Positions 13,310-26,801 of a stretch of 64,000 nt of DNA are shown one piece after another. A model generated the notes under the pieces. It saw nothing but the letters and a program-made list of their open reading frames with translations, did not search any database and had not been told where the DNA came from. This stretch comes from Eledone cirrhosa (Eukaryota): NCBI GenBank assembly GCA_964016885.1, contig OZ024750.1, positions 30,132,001 to 30,196,000 of the forward strand. Direction: 5' to 3'. How positions within the stretch are numbered: position 1 is the first letter of the stretch; every line of letters begins with the position of its first letter. A program made the translations under genes and the position numbers.

Positions 13310-15310
13310 AAGGTGAGAGTAATATAAATAAGCAAAGTAGTCTATTTTGGACCAACAACCGGTATATTAGTTCTCACATGAAAGGATATACTTGGGCTAT
13401 AGACAAACAGGAAATGACAAAATTCCTGATACACATAAAAGATAAGGATGTAAGCAAAACACCAAGATGTGACAACAGATGCAGACTCTGTGGAATAAAC
13501 ATAAAGATGTTACTCTCAGCTGTCCAAAGATCATCATCATGATACTATCTACCTATGAGGCATAATGTAATGGCCAAAACACTGTACAATGCAATCTATA
13601 GAAAATATAGCTCTGACAATAAACATAAAAGGTTTTAGTGATGTGGAGGGCAAACTCGCATATTGTGAAAGTGTACTGATGGAATATTCCAGCCAAAACC
13701 CTTATAAAATCTAAACATAACATAGCAGACATAAGGATATGGTACAGAGAAAGGATAGCATGCACAGATGTCAATATAATGCAAAGATGTGGAAATCAGC
13801 TGCCAAACAGATGTCAATATAATGCACATATGTGGAAATCAGTGGCTCAGCAGATGTCAATATAATACACAGATGTGGAAATCAGTGGCCCAGTAGATGT
13901 CAATATAATGCACATATGTGGAAATCAGTGGCCCAGCAGATGTCAATATAATACACAGATGTGGAAATCAGTGGCCCAGTAGATGTCAATATAATGCACA
14001 TATGTGGAAATCAGTGGCCCAGCAGATGTCAATATAATACACAGATGTGGAAATCAGTGGCCCAGCAGATGTCAATATAATGCACATATGTGGAAATCGG
14101 TGGCCCAGCAGATGTCAATATAATGCACATATGTGGAAATCAGTGGCCCAGCAGATGTCAATATAATACACAGATGTGGAAATCAGTGGCCCAGTAGATG
14201 TCAATATAATGCACATATGTGGAAATCAGTGGCCCAGCAGATGTCAATATAATGCACATATGTGGAAATCAGTGGCCCAGCAGATGTCAATATAATACAC
14301 AGATGTGGAAATCACTGGCCCAGCAGATGTCAATATAATGCACATATGTGGAAATCAGTGGCCCAGTAGATGTCAATATAATGCACATATGTGGAAATCA
14401 GTGGCCCAGCAGATGTCAATATAATACACAGATGTGGAAATCAGTGGCCCAGTAGATGTCAATATAATGCACATATGTGGAAATCAGTGGCCCAGCAGAT
14501 GTCAATATAATACACAGATGTGGAAATCAGTGGCCCAGCAGATGTCAATATAATGCACATATGTGGAAATCGGTGGCCCAGCAGATGTCAATATAATGCA
14601 CATATGTGGAAATCAGTGGCCCAGCAGATGTCAATATAATACACAGATGTGGAAATCAGTGGCCCAGTAGATGTCAATATAATGCACATATGTGGAAATC
14701 AGTGGCCCAGCAGATGTCAATATAATGCACATATGTGGAAATCAGTGGCCCAGCAGATGTCAATATAATACACAGATGTGGAAATCACTGGCCCAGCAGA
14801 TGTCAATATAATGCACATATGTGGAAATCAGTGGCCCAGTAGATGTCAATATAATGCACATATGTGGAAATCAGTGGCCCAGCAGATGTCAATATAATAC
14901 ACAGATGTGGAAATCAGTGGCCCAGCAGATGTCAATATAATACACAGATGTGGAAATCAGTGGCCCAGCAGATGTCAATATAATACACAGATGAGGAAAT
15001 CAGTGACCCAGCAGATGTCAATATAATACACAGATGTGGAAATCAGTGACCCAGCAGATCTCAATATAATACACAGATGTGGAAATCAGTGGCCCAGCAG
15101 ATGTCAATATAATACACAGATGTGAAAATCAGCTGCCCAGCAGATGTCAATATAATGCACAGATGTGGAAATCAGTGGCTTAGCAGATGTTAATATAATG
15201 CTAAAAATTAGTGAAAAGGAGAACGTTGATGCGGAACTAATGAGGAATCTGCAGACACTCTATCTTGGCAATACCTTAAAATATGTACCTGTGGTCATTG
15301 GGACATAGAG
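13310..15310 (+). mobile_element. R4/Dong-like RLE non-LTR retrotransposon 3' remnant, split by a 43-bp minisatellite
   Basis: CRLC..SCP..RHNVMAK zinc-knuckle region, then WNIPAKT..KHN, then VEISCPADVNI, and after the array KISEKENVDAELMRNLQTLY..KYVPVVIG. Confidence 0.8.
13766..15200. repeat. 43-bp minisatellite, ~33 copies
   Basis: Unit GATGTGGAAATCAGTGGCCCAGCAGATGTCAATATAAT(A/G)CACA. Confidence 0.97.
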
Positions 15311-15489
15311 GATTCTTCAGCCGTATCAAATACACAACAGCTTTCCTAGTGCTAGGGCCATGATAAAATACATGCTATTAAGTTCAGAATTCTGTTAAGT
15401 ACCCTGGTCCGCTGGAATAATCAACAGAATATGGGACACTATGTAAGTGGAATGATTGCTCATGGTCAACCATGAGGTCAGTGGGTTCA

Positions 15490-16275
15490 CTACTGACCAG
15501 TCTGTGGTGACATGTTAAGCTCTAGCTAGCTGGGATAATATATGAATGGCTGGAGGTCAGTGACTTCACTTGAGTACTGGCCAGTCTGTCATGACATTAA
15601 ACAGTACTGACCAGTCTGTCATGACATGTCCATCCCTTGCGAGCAGGGATAACATGTGTTAAACAGTACTGACTAATCTGTGATGACATTAAACAGTACT
15701 GACCAGTCCGTCATGACAAGTCCAGACCTTGTTAGCTGGGATAACAGACATTAGACAGTACTGACCAGTCTATCATGACATGTCCAGCCCTTGCTAGCTG
15801 GGATAACATATGTTAAACAGTACTGACCAGTTTGTCATGATATGTCCAGCCCTTGCTAGCTGGGATAACATATGTTAAACAGTACTGACCAGTTTGTCAT
15901 GATATGTCCAGGCCTTGCTAGCAGGGATAGTATGTGTTAAACAGTACTGACCAGTCTGTGATGACATGTCCAGCCCTTGCTAGCAGGGATAATATGTGTT
16001 AAAGAGTACTGACCAGTCTGTCATGAAATGTCCAGCCCTTGCTAGCAGGGATAGTATGTGTTAAACAGTACTGACCAGTCTGTCATGATATGTCCAGCCC
16101 TTGCTAGCAGGGAAAACATATGTTAAACAGTACTGACCAGTCTGTGATGACATGTCCAGCCCTTGTTAGCTGGGATAACATGTGGTTTAACTGACCAGTC
16201 TTTGATGACATGTCAAGCCCTTGCTAACAGAAATAAATGACATTAAACAATGACAATAATGACAATTATGATGAT
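15490..16275. repeat. 62-bp minisatellite, ~11 copies, SINE-tail-like
   Basis: CAGTACTGACCAGTCTGTCATGACATGTCCAGCCCTTGCTAGCTGGGATAACATATGTTAAA, ending in CATTAAACAATGAC..GATGAT. Confidence 0.9.
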
Positions 16276-16990
16276 ATATCCATACGTATGATTATAAATA
16301 TATTTTGTCAACTTCAACCTAACTTCTCATTACAACAAAAATAAATAATTGTTTCTACTTTAGGCACAAGGCCAGCAATTACCCAGTGCATTACTGGTAC
16401 TTTATTTTATCGACCCCGTAAGGATGAAAGGCAAAGTCAACCTCGGCGGGATTTGAACTCAGATCGTAAAGGGACGTAACTATGCTGGAAAGCATGGCGT
16501 CCGACCCTCTACCGATACTGCCAATCCACCAACAAAAATAAATAATGATAATTGACAACCTCAGAAAGAAAAAGGAAAATGAATTATGAAGAAAATGAAA
16601 TATATTATTTTTAAAAACCTAACAAAGTTTCTAGAATAATTACTTAATGAAAATATAGATGTTAATTAATAAACAATTGATTAGCAGTAATTAGCTATTT
16701 GTTGGTATATATTTATATATATACATACACTCATACATACATACACATATACATACATACACACATACATAGATATAGTATGTGTGTATTTCTGTATGTA
16801 CATTATGTATGTGTGTGTTTATATGTATATATGCAGTTATGTATGTATGTATTTATTAATACAGCGCCCCTACAACTATATCAGGAGTTACAGGACCATA
16901 TATATATATTACTATCCGGGAGCTTCCAACAGTAATGGTTGCATTCTTTAAGGGTATGTCAATATTTATTTATAAAACTGCTCTATATTA

Positions 16991-17055
16991 TATTTTATCT
17001 GATGAAAGCACACCATAATTTAACTTGGTGTCCTTGAAATATGTATAATGAAATA
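16991..17055 (+). ncRNA. Minimal type I hammerhead ribozyme motif (H1) in element ~16897-17190
   Basis: TATTTTAT-CTGATGA-AAGCACACCA/TGGTGTCCTT-GAAA-TATGTA-TA-ATGAAATA. Confidence 0.8.
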
Positions 17056-17214
17056 AATATGGTTTTATAAATATAGTTTCCATTTGTTAATATATCGTAT
17101 TTTTACTCCAATAATTTGTTGAGTGCTTTATATCAGTTATAAAAATATTTGCTTGTTGTATCCCAACAATTTAAATTGAACTTCTACACATATATATATA
17201 TATATATATATAAA

Positions 17215-17395
17215 ACAAAGGAATTGTGGTAAGGAACCAGATGGACCATAACGCACCAGAGTACTCAATACTTAGGGTAGTAGAGCGGGAAATAGGAAAA
17301 TGTATGACCCCAACGGCAGAGCTCAAGCCGTTTCAACAGTCCAGAAATAGCCATCGAAACGGCTTGAGCTCTGCCGTCCGGGTCATACTTTTTTC

Positions 17396-17400
<5 letters not shown>
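17215..17400 (-). mobile_element. Fold-back element family F
   Basis: Reverse-orientation homolog of 9115-9305 and 19450-19650. Confidence 0.7.
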
Positions 17401-17491
<91 letters not shown>

Positions 17492-18689
17492 GAGAGAGGG
17501 GGGGGGGGAGAGAGAGAGAGAGAGAGAGAGATGGAGCTTATTCCACAACCTATACCGAACTTGTCTTTGGACTGTGTTTTATCAACTTTGGATATGAACC
17601 TTCTGATTTTCACTACTACTACACACACATACATATATACATATACACACACACACATATATACATATACACACACACATATATACATATACACACACAC
17701 ATATATATATTTATATAATTATTATCCATTTTCTCTTCTCATTTACACACACTCTCTTTTTCACACCCACCCATACACACACATATATGAAATATTTATT
17801 TAAACTTAACTCTATTTCTTGCATATCGAGTTTCATGCTACTATGATAATATATGTAAATATAAATATATATATATATATCTTTCTCACTCTTTCTATAT
17901 ATATCTATCTATCTAAGGCGGGTAAAATTCCCGAGATCCATGGACGAGTTCTCTCCAGCGGTCTCTGTCCCTCATTATCGCTGCCATGTCCTGTGTCTCC
18001 AACAGACCAGTGTCTGTCCTTAGGGCATCAACATACGTTAACTGTGGTCTTCCTCTTCTAGTGTGTCCATGTAGTGTATATATATGTATGTGTTAGGAAG
18101 GGCATCCAGCTGTAGAAAACCAGCCAGACAGTCCTATGCGAGCAAGACAACCACTCTTGCCTCAAGTGGGAAAACTCCCGTCCAAACCCATGCAAGCGTG
18201 GAACATGGACGTTAAACGATGATGATGATAATGATGATAGTGTATATATGTCCATATGTGTGTGTGTATACATGAATACTTTTTTTAAGTTTCTTGTGAA
18301 CTATTCTTAGGTAGTACCAAGGAATTCCTAGTATACATATATATATATATATACATACACACACACATATATATATATATATACATACACACACATATAT
18401 ATATATACACACACACATATATATATACACACACACATATATATACAGACACACATATCATCATCATCAACATTTTACGTCTGCTTTTCCATGCTATATG
18501 TACATATATCTGTAGATTTGGAATTATGAACACAAGGTTAAAAGTCCTCAATACCAAAGTATTGATATATATATATATATATATGTTTACACACACAACA
18601 TATATATATATATATATATATTATTTTTATATATATATATATATAAAAATAATGATGATGACGATATATATATATATATATGTATGTGT

Positions 18690-19032
18690 GCAGACATAGC
18701 ATGGGCAAATGTTTAATGAGTTCACATTGGGTCCCAGGTTCAATCCCACTGTGTGACATCTTGGACAAGTTTCTTTTCTCATAACCTCGGGTGAAGCCAT
18801 TTATTGTGAGGGAAACTGGGTAGGCAGGAACTGTCTGGAAGCCCGTCAGATGGACTGTGCCTGTAATTGATAGGGCTAACCTTGTTAAACACCGTGTCAT
18901 GCAGAATCTCCCTGAGAATTACATTGAGGTTATGCATGACATTGGAATGCTCAGTCACTTATTCATTTCACAAGCAAGCTGTTCTGTTGTTCAAACAACT
19001 GGAACATTCATTGTAGAAGCCGACAAAAGTTC
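18690..19032 (+). mobile_element. Old tRNA-derived SINE (family D)
   Basis: B-box GGTTCAATCCC followed by a CTTGGACAAGT core-like block. Confidence 0.5.
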
Positions 19033-19319
19033 ATCCCCTTCTTTCACTGCGTGTGTATGTATCTGTTTGTGTGTGTGCGTATGTGTGTATTTGGGTTATG
19101 TATCTGTTTGTGTGTGTGCATATGTATGTAAGTATCTGTGTGTGTATGTATGTATAAGAAATGGCCATACCCGTACATGAGTTGGTTTCTACTATGTATG
19201 TATGAATAGATCGATGCATATATATATATATAGTACGTTATTCTGGGTTGAATCGGAGGTAACCACATTTCTAAAGAATGAAACAGTTCTAGTCCTGTAG
19301 AATCTCATCTATATTAAAA

Positions 19320-19372
<53 letters not shown>

Positions 19373-19449
19373 GGGGTAACAAATAATAGTTAAATGCAGT
19401 CCACAAACCATGTCAACCTTCTTTCCTGATTTATATATATAAATAAATA

Positions 19450-19650
19450 AATATAGGAAAATGTTAGACCCCGACGGCAGAGCTCAAGCCGTTTCGATGG
19501 CTATTTCTGTCCAGAAATAGCTGTCGAAACGGCTTGAGCTCTGCCGTCGGGGTCTAACATTTTCCTATTACCCACTCTACTACCCTAAGTATTAAGTACT
19601 CTGGTGCGTTATGGTCCATCTGGTTCCTTACCACACCTCTTTCATTATAT
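19450..19650 (+). mobile_element. Fold-back element family F with a 57-bp-arm hairpin
   Basis: Arms 19453-19509 and 19512-19568. Confidence 0.8.
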
Positions 19651-19652
19651 AA

Positions 19653-19725
<73 letters not shown>

Positions 19726-20098
19726 TAGAGAGAGAGAGAGAGCGAGAGAGGAAGAGAGAGAGATATGGATGCATGTATATATCTATGTATGTATATGCCT
19801 ATGTATATATGTATTTTTATATGAACTTGAGTATGTATGCATATATGTATATATATATCTATGTATGTATATATATATATATCTATGCATGTATGTATGT
19901 ATGTATTTACACATGTATGTATGTGTGTATTTATACATGTATGAATGTATGTATTCACGTGAGTATGTATATATATGAAGCGTTCACAGTTCGGAAACCG
20001 GGGAAAAAATTACATATCAGGGTAGTACTCAATACATGATATATGGTTGCAGAGTAGGGCTAGACATAATGTATAGCCATGATAGAGGACCCTCTCTA

Positions 20099-20184
<86 letters not shown>

Positions 20185-20390
20185 GAGGTTATATTTAATT
20201 TGTTGGGATTCAACAAGCTTAAACATTTTTATAACTGATATAAAGCACTCAACAGATTAGTGGAGTAAATATACAATATATTAACAAATGGAAACTATAT
20301 TTATAAAATCATATTTATTTTATTATACATATTTCAAGGGCCACCATTTCAGGGTATGTCAATATTTATTTATAAAACAAATCTGTATTG

Positions 20391-20456
20391 TATTTTATCT
20401 GATGAAAGCGCACCATAATTTGCCTTGGTGGCCCTTGAAATATGTATAATAAAATA
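20391..20456 (+). ncRNA. Minimal type I hammerhead ribozyme motif (H1), preceded by an inverted partial copy (~20190-20347)
   Basis: TATTTTAT-CTGATGA-stem II-GAAA-TATGTA-TA-ATAAAATA, with perfect stem I. Confidence 0.8.
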
Positions 20457-20494
20457 AATATGGTTTTATAAATATAGTTTCCATTTATTAATAT

Positions 20495-20544
<50 letters not shown>

Positions 20545-20607
20545 TGTATATATGTATATATATATATATATATATATACATACATGTACACACATATATA
20601 TGCACAC

Positions 20608-20685
<78 letters not shown>

Positions 20686-20748
20686 TGAGAGAGAGAGAGA
20701 GATGCACACATGTACACATGTATGTATACATATATACATGTATGTATG

Positions 20749-20787
<39 letters not shown>

Positions 20788-20862
20788 GTATGCATACATA
20801 TATTTCTCTTCCACTTTTTTACCTGTTGTAGCCATCCGGCTGAGACCATGCTGGGGCACCGC

Positions 20863-20902
<40 letters not shown>

Positions 20903-21035
20903 GATAAAGAAAAAGAAAACATGACTAGTTTGGTCCCCCCCCCCCCACCAAAAAAAAACAAAACAAAAACAAAAACAAACAACAAAAAACAAACAAGGAA
21001 ATAGAGAAAGAATGAAAGATAGAAAGAAAGAAGGA

Positions 21036-21135
<100 letters not shown>

Positions 21136-21319
21136 ACGCGAGAGAGTCGGAAATTTTGAAAGAAGATAAATTTAAGAGAAATAAAAATGATAAGTGATAA
21201 ATATATATATTTGATAATTACGTACAATTTTCCACATGTTGTATAAGAATTATTGGAGATATAAGGTGAATATTATAGTGGAAAGGTTGGTGGAAATAAA
21301 GAGCTGGTGAATCCATCTA

Positions 21320-21324
21320 ATACC

Positions 21325-21357
<33 letters not shown>

Positions 21358-21383
21358 GCTGCTATCATGACTACTACTACTAG

Positions 21384-21419
<36 letters not shown>

Positions 21420-22260
21420 TACTACTACTACTATTAACACTAGCAACTCTGCAGATGTGGTTGGTTTATAAGGTATGACAAGCAGATCAGGTGCTGTGAA
21501 ACTGGTGGTTGTGGTGAGGTGTAGTGTTGTTGTTGTGGTGTCGGTGGTGCCGGTGTGGTATGTGGTGGTGGTGGTGTTGGTGGTGGTGTGGTATTGTGGT
21601 GGTGGTGTGGTGGTGGTAGTGTTGTTGTGGTGGTGGTGGTGGTGTAGTGCTGTGGTGGTGGTGGTGGTAGTATTGTGGTGCTGGTGGTGGTGGTGTGGTG
21701 GTAGTGGTGGTGTGGTGTTGTGGTAGTGGTGGTGTTGTGGTGGTGGTGTTGTGGTAGTGGTGTGGTGTTGGTGTTGTGGTAGTGGTGAGGTGTTGTGGTG
21801 GTGGTGGTAGTTGTGGTGGCAGTGTGGAGTGAAAAGAGTTGTGGTGGTGCTAGTGGTAGTGGTGCAGGGGAGGTGGTGGTGGTGATGCTAATGGTGACAG
21901 TGGTGGTGGTGGTGGTGATGATGCTAATGGTGACAGTGGTGGTGGTGGTGGTGGTGGTGATGCTAATGGTGACAGTGGTGGTGGTGGTGGTGGTGGTGAT
22001 GCTAATGGTGACAGTGGTGGTGGTGGTGGTGGTGGTGGTGGTGGTGGTGGAGGTGGTGGTGATGCTAATGGTGACAGTGGTGGTGGTGGTGGTGGTGATG
22101 CTAATGGTAGTTAGGACAGCCTGGACCTGGTGCTTTTATTAGTTACAGCTTATATTAATGAGACAGGTGAGAACATAGTGGAGGTGGAGGTGGTGGTAGT
22201 GGTGGTGGTGGTGGTGGTTCTATTTCCAACACTTGTTGTGATTTGTGTTGTTGTTGTTGT
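21320..22260. repeat. (CTA)n and (GGT/TGT)n low-complexity region
   Basis: Trinucleotide tracts, plus a GATGCTAATGGTGACA(GTG)n unit. Confidence 0.9.
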
Positions 22261-22735
22261 TGCAGGGACCATACCATAAATTTAACCTACCCTACAGAAC
22301 TCACCAGAAACAAATAATAATAATAATTGTTTCTACTTTAGACACAAGGCCAACAATTTTGGGGAAAGGGAAAGTCGATTAAATTGGTCCCAGTGCATTA
22401 CAGGTACTTTACTTTATTAACCCCGTAAGGATGAAAAACAAAGCTACCCTCGGCGAGATCTGAATTCAGAACGTAAAGGGCCACAACTCTATGCCATTAA
22501 GCATGTTGTCCAATGCTCTACTGATACTGCCAATCCATAATAATAATTTTTTCTACTTTTGGCACAAGGCCAACAATTACCCTAGTACATTACTGGTACT
22601 TTATTTTATCGACCCCGTAAGGATGAAAGGCAAAGTTAATCTCGGCGGTATTTGAACTCAGACTGGCAAGGGCCGTAACTCTACGCGTCAAAGCATGGCG
22701 TCCGACTCTCTACCAATACTGCCAATCCATCACCC

Positions 22736-22768
<33 letters not shown>

Positions 22769-22806
22769 GTAAGGTACAGTATATATACATATACATATAT
22801 ATATAT

Positions 22807-22844
<38 letters not shown>

Positions 22845-23533
22845 AATATATATATATGTATATATATAAATATATATATATGTATATATATAAATATATA
22901 AATATATATATATGTATATATATAAATATATATATATGTATATATATAAATATATATATATGTATATATATAAATATATATATATATGTGTGTGTATATA
23001 TATATTAAAAGTCTGCAGTGCTGAGATCGGGGAGGAAGCGCAAAGCAGGGCAGTACTCTATGTGTATATATATATATATATATATAATGTACACACACAT
23101 ATATATATATATATATACATAGGCATACATATATACATTTACAAAGATACACATATATACACAAACACACATACATATACACACACATATTATTTTTTTC
23201 CTTACATAATTGTTACCTGAGTAAGTAGGTCTACACCCTATATATATATATGTAAGACTGTCTATATATATAAGACTGACTATATATAAGACTGTCTATA
23301 TATGTTAGAATATCTATATACATATGACTGCCTATGTAGGTTTGACTGTCTATGTATGTTAGACTGTATATATATATATATGTTAAACTGTCTATATATG
23401 TTAGACTGTCTATATATGTGTTAGACTGCTTATATATGTTAAACTGCCTATTTATGTTAAACTGTCTATATATATGTTAGACTGTCTATTTATGTAAGAC
23501 TGTATATATATATGACTGTCTATATATGTTAGA

Positions 23534-23567
<34 letters not shown>

Positions 23568-24429
23568 AAGACTGTTTATATATGTGTTAAACAGTCTATA
23601 TATGTTAAACTGTCTATATATATATATGTTAAACTGTCTATATATGTTAAACTGACCATATATATGTTAAACTGACTATATATGTTAAACTGACTATATA
23701 TGTGAAACTGTATATATATATGTTAAACTGTCTATATATGTGTTAAACTGTCTATATATGTTAAACTGTCTATATATATATATATGTTAAACTGACTATA
23801 TATGTGTTAAACTGTCTATATATGTTAAACTGTCTATATATGTTAAACTGACTATATATATGTTAAACTCTCTATATATGTTAAACTGACTATATATGTT
23901 AAACTTACTATATATATGTTAAACTGACTATATATGTTAAACTGTCTATATGTGCTAAACTGTCTATATATGTGTTAAACTGACTATATATGTTAAACTG
24001 ACTATATATGTTAAACTGTCTATATATGTTAAACTGTCTATATATGTGTTAAACTGTCTATATATCTGTTAAACTGTCTATATATGTTAAACTGTCTATA
24101 TATGTTAAACTGTCTATATATGTTAAACCGTCTATATATCTGTTAAACTGTCTATATATATGTTAAACTGACTATATATGTTAAATTGACTATATATGTT
24201 AAACTATATGTGTTAAACTGTCTATATCTCTGTTAAACTGTCTATATATGTTAAACTGTCTATATATATGTTAAACTGTCTATATATGTTAAACTGTCTA
24301 TATATATGTTAAACTGTCTATATATCTGTTAAACTGACTATATATGTTAAACTGGCTATATATGTTAAACTGTCTATATGTGTTAAACTGTCTATATATA
24401 TGTTAAACTGACTATATATGTTAAACTGA

Positions 24430-26586
24430 CTCTCGAACAAAGAGGCAGAGTCCTGCGAGGGACCAATCTCGGCTGATGAGATCGGAGATGCGCTGAGCCA
24501 ATGCAGCAGACGCAAATCTCCAGGTCTCGATGGTATACCTTACGAACTTTATTTAGCAATGCCGGTCTTCTTCTCCGAACTCCTCGAAGCGGTCTACTGC
24601 AATTGGCAGCAGAACGGGAGAATTCCTTGTTCTGTAGCCAAGGGCGTAGTCACGCTGGTGAGGAAGGACGAGAACAAGGGGGATAGTATAAATAATTTTC
24701 GGCCCATAACCCTGCTAAACACAGAGTTAAAGATTTTGGCCAAGGTGTTAGCAAAGAGGTTGGCGCTTGTCGTGGGTGGCCTGGTGGGAGATGCGCAGAC
24801 ATGTGCTATCCCATCCAGGTTCATTCACGATAACCTCCACCTCATGCGATACATCATAGAGAGGGTTGGCAACAAACCCGGCTTCGGTGGGGCCCTGATC
24901 AACTTGGATCAGTCTAAGGCCTTCGATAGGGTCGACCATGGTTACCTGGATGCGGTGCTAGCAGCGGCTGGGTTCGGTCCTGTTTTCAGAGGCTGGATCA
25001 CTGCCCTACATAGCAACCACATCTGTTCTAGGATCAAGGTGAACGGCTACCTTTCGAAGCCGTTCGAAATCACACGATCCATTCGACAGGGGTGCCCTCT
25101 CTCCTCCCTTCTGTACGTATTGACTCTCGAGCCTTTACTGAGGAAGTTGGAGTTGTTGCAGGGTATCCCCCTGGAACCAGGATTGAGCAAAGCGGTGTCG
25201 GCCTACGCCGATGACGTAACAGTAATGGTATCAACCGACTCGGAGATTGAGGCGATCGGTACCTTACTGGAGGAGTACGAAAGGTTGTCAGGAGCGAAAC
25301 TGAACCGGGAAAAATCCATCGGGCTGCAACTCGGAACGTGGAGAGGCAAACCGATGCCTCCTGACGGTGTCGTCGGACACTGGACGGAGGGCCCGGTAAA
25401 GTTGCTTGGGGTCTGGTTTGGACCGGACCTCCAGGTGGAAAAGAACTGGAACGAGGTTACGAACAAGGTGTTTGCACTAACCCAGAAATGGGCCAAGTGT
25501 AAGCTGTCCCTAAAAGGCCGGGCGGAGGTGGCGAACATTTACATAGCGTCCGTCACTTACTACCGCCTGACTGTCGTGCCTTGCCCTAAGGAAACACTCA
25601 CCACCATGGAACGCATGCTCTTCCAATTTCTTTGGAAGAAGCGTCCTCCTATGGTGAGAAGATCCATCTGCTGCCAACAACCTTCGAAAGGAGGGCTGGG
25701 GATGCCGTGGTTGATGATGCGTAGGCACGCATTAAGGCTACGGCACCTACAGGTATTCCTCACTGGTCAACCGGTGTGGGCTCCGTTCGTGAAACGAGCC
25801 TTTCCGAGACTCGTCTCACTCACCGAGCTACAGTCCTGGGTCAAGCAAAGATCCGGAAAACTGGGAGACTGGCACACTGAGTGTGCTCAGGCGCTCAGGG
25901 CTCTCTGGCAAGCGGGCCGGGCCATCGGTGGAGAATCCACCTCATCATTCTATAGAGGGCTGGTGGCTAGCAGGGGCGATGACACCCTTGGAGAGTCGCT
26001 GGACATGGAGGAAGACGAACTGGCCAGCCTGTTCGGTAGGACTTTCGGCCCAGGACCAATGGACAACTTCCAGAAGTCACTGGCCTGGCAGTGCTACCGT
26101 GGGGCTCTACCCGTTCGAGAGAGGCTCTACAGACACGGGCGCCCGGGCAGGGATCCCTCAAAAAAGATTTGCCTTAGATGCGTGCGTCACGAAGAAACCG
26201 TGGCGCACGCATTGGTGCAATGTCCGGGCGTGGCTGATCTGTGGGGCTACGCCGAACAACTGCTGTCGCGGGTGGCGCCGATTAAATTGACCGCCGAGTC
26301 CGTGATGACAATCAAACCGCCTCCCCTCTTCACAAAGGAAGCAAAGGCGGTTTTTCTGTGCGTAATAGCCATGTTGAAAGAGGTTGTTTGGTGGACACGA
26401 TTGAAAGGTCTGAGGTCAGGCAACTTCCTCTCTGGCCATAGTCTGGTCTACTTCTTCCGATATCACTTCGGAAGAAGGATAAGAATGGAGAGAGAGGTGC
26501 TTGGCCACAGGCAGTTTTATGAAAGGTGGGTGATAGTGGCGAGAATGGCTCGTGTAAATGGGCCTTCTCTGTATACCATCCTGTAG
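24430..26586 (+). CDS. LINE ORF2 reverse transcriptase plus C-terminal zinc finger (N-terminally truncated, no endonuclease)
   Basis: Frame is open from 24430 (LSNKEAE..KSPGLDGIPYE). Motifs FRPITLLN, DQSKAFDRV, RQGCPLS, YADD, GGLG, CLRC..HALVQC. Confidence 0.92.
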   Translation, partial: LSNKEAESCEGPISADEIGDALSQCSRRKSPGLDGIPYELYLAMPVFFSELLEAVYCNWQQNGRIPCSVAKGVVTLVRKDENKGDSINNFRPITLLNTELKILAKVLAKRLALVVGGLVGDAQTCAIPSRFIHDNLHLMRYIIERVGNKPGFGGALINLDQSKAFDRVDHGYLDAVLAAAGFGPVFRGWITALHSNHICSRIKVNGYLSKPFEITRSIRQGCPLSSLLYVLTLEPLLRKLELLQGIPLEPGLSKAVSAYADDVTVMVSTDSEIEAIGTLLEEYERLSGAKLNREKSIGLQLGTWRGKPMPPDGVVGHWTEGPVKLLGVWFGPDLQVEKNWNEVTNKVFALTQKWAKCKLSLKGRAEVANIYIASVTYYRLTVVPCPKETLTTMERMLFQFLWKKRPPMVRRSICCQQPSKGGLGMPWLMMRRHALRLRHLQVFLTGQPVWAPFVKRAFPRLVSLTELQSWVKQRSGKLGDWHTECAQALRALWQAGRAIGGESTSSFYRGLVASRGDDTLGESLDMEEDELASLFGRTFGPGPMDNFQKSLAWQCYRGALPVRERLYRHGRPGRDPSKKICLRCVRHEETVAHALVQCPGVADLWGYAEQLLSRVAPIKLTAESVMTIKPPPLFTKEAKAVFLCVIAMLKEVVWWTRLKGLRSGNFLSGHSLVYFFRYHFGRRIRMEREVLGHRQFYERWVIVARMARVNGPSLYTIL

Positions 26587-26801
26587 GTAAAGAAGTAAAG
26601 GAGAGGGGAGCACCTTCTCCATGTGCTCCCCGGGCAAAGGATTGCACACTTTTTCGGGGGTGTGTGCAACCCCCATCACGTCCCCTCCCTTTTGAGGTTA
26701 TTTTCGATTATTTTCATGTTACACCCTTTTTACTCGATTATATGTAAACTCCCCCTTTGTATTTGTCCCTTCTTTTTATGCCTTTATGGTAAATAAAGAA
26801 A
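24430..26801 (+). mobile_element. 5'-truncated Tx1/L1-clade LINE
   Basis: GC-rich insert with RT ORF, pyrimidine-rich 3' UTR, ending AATAAAGAAA. Confidence 0.93.
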
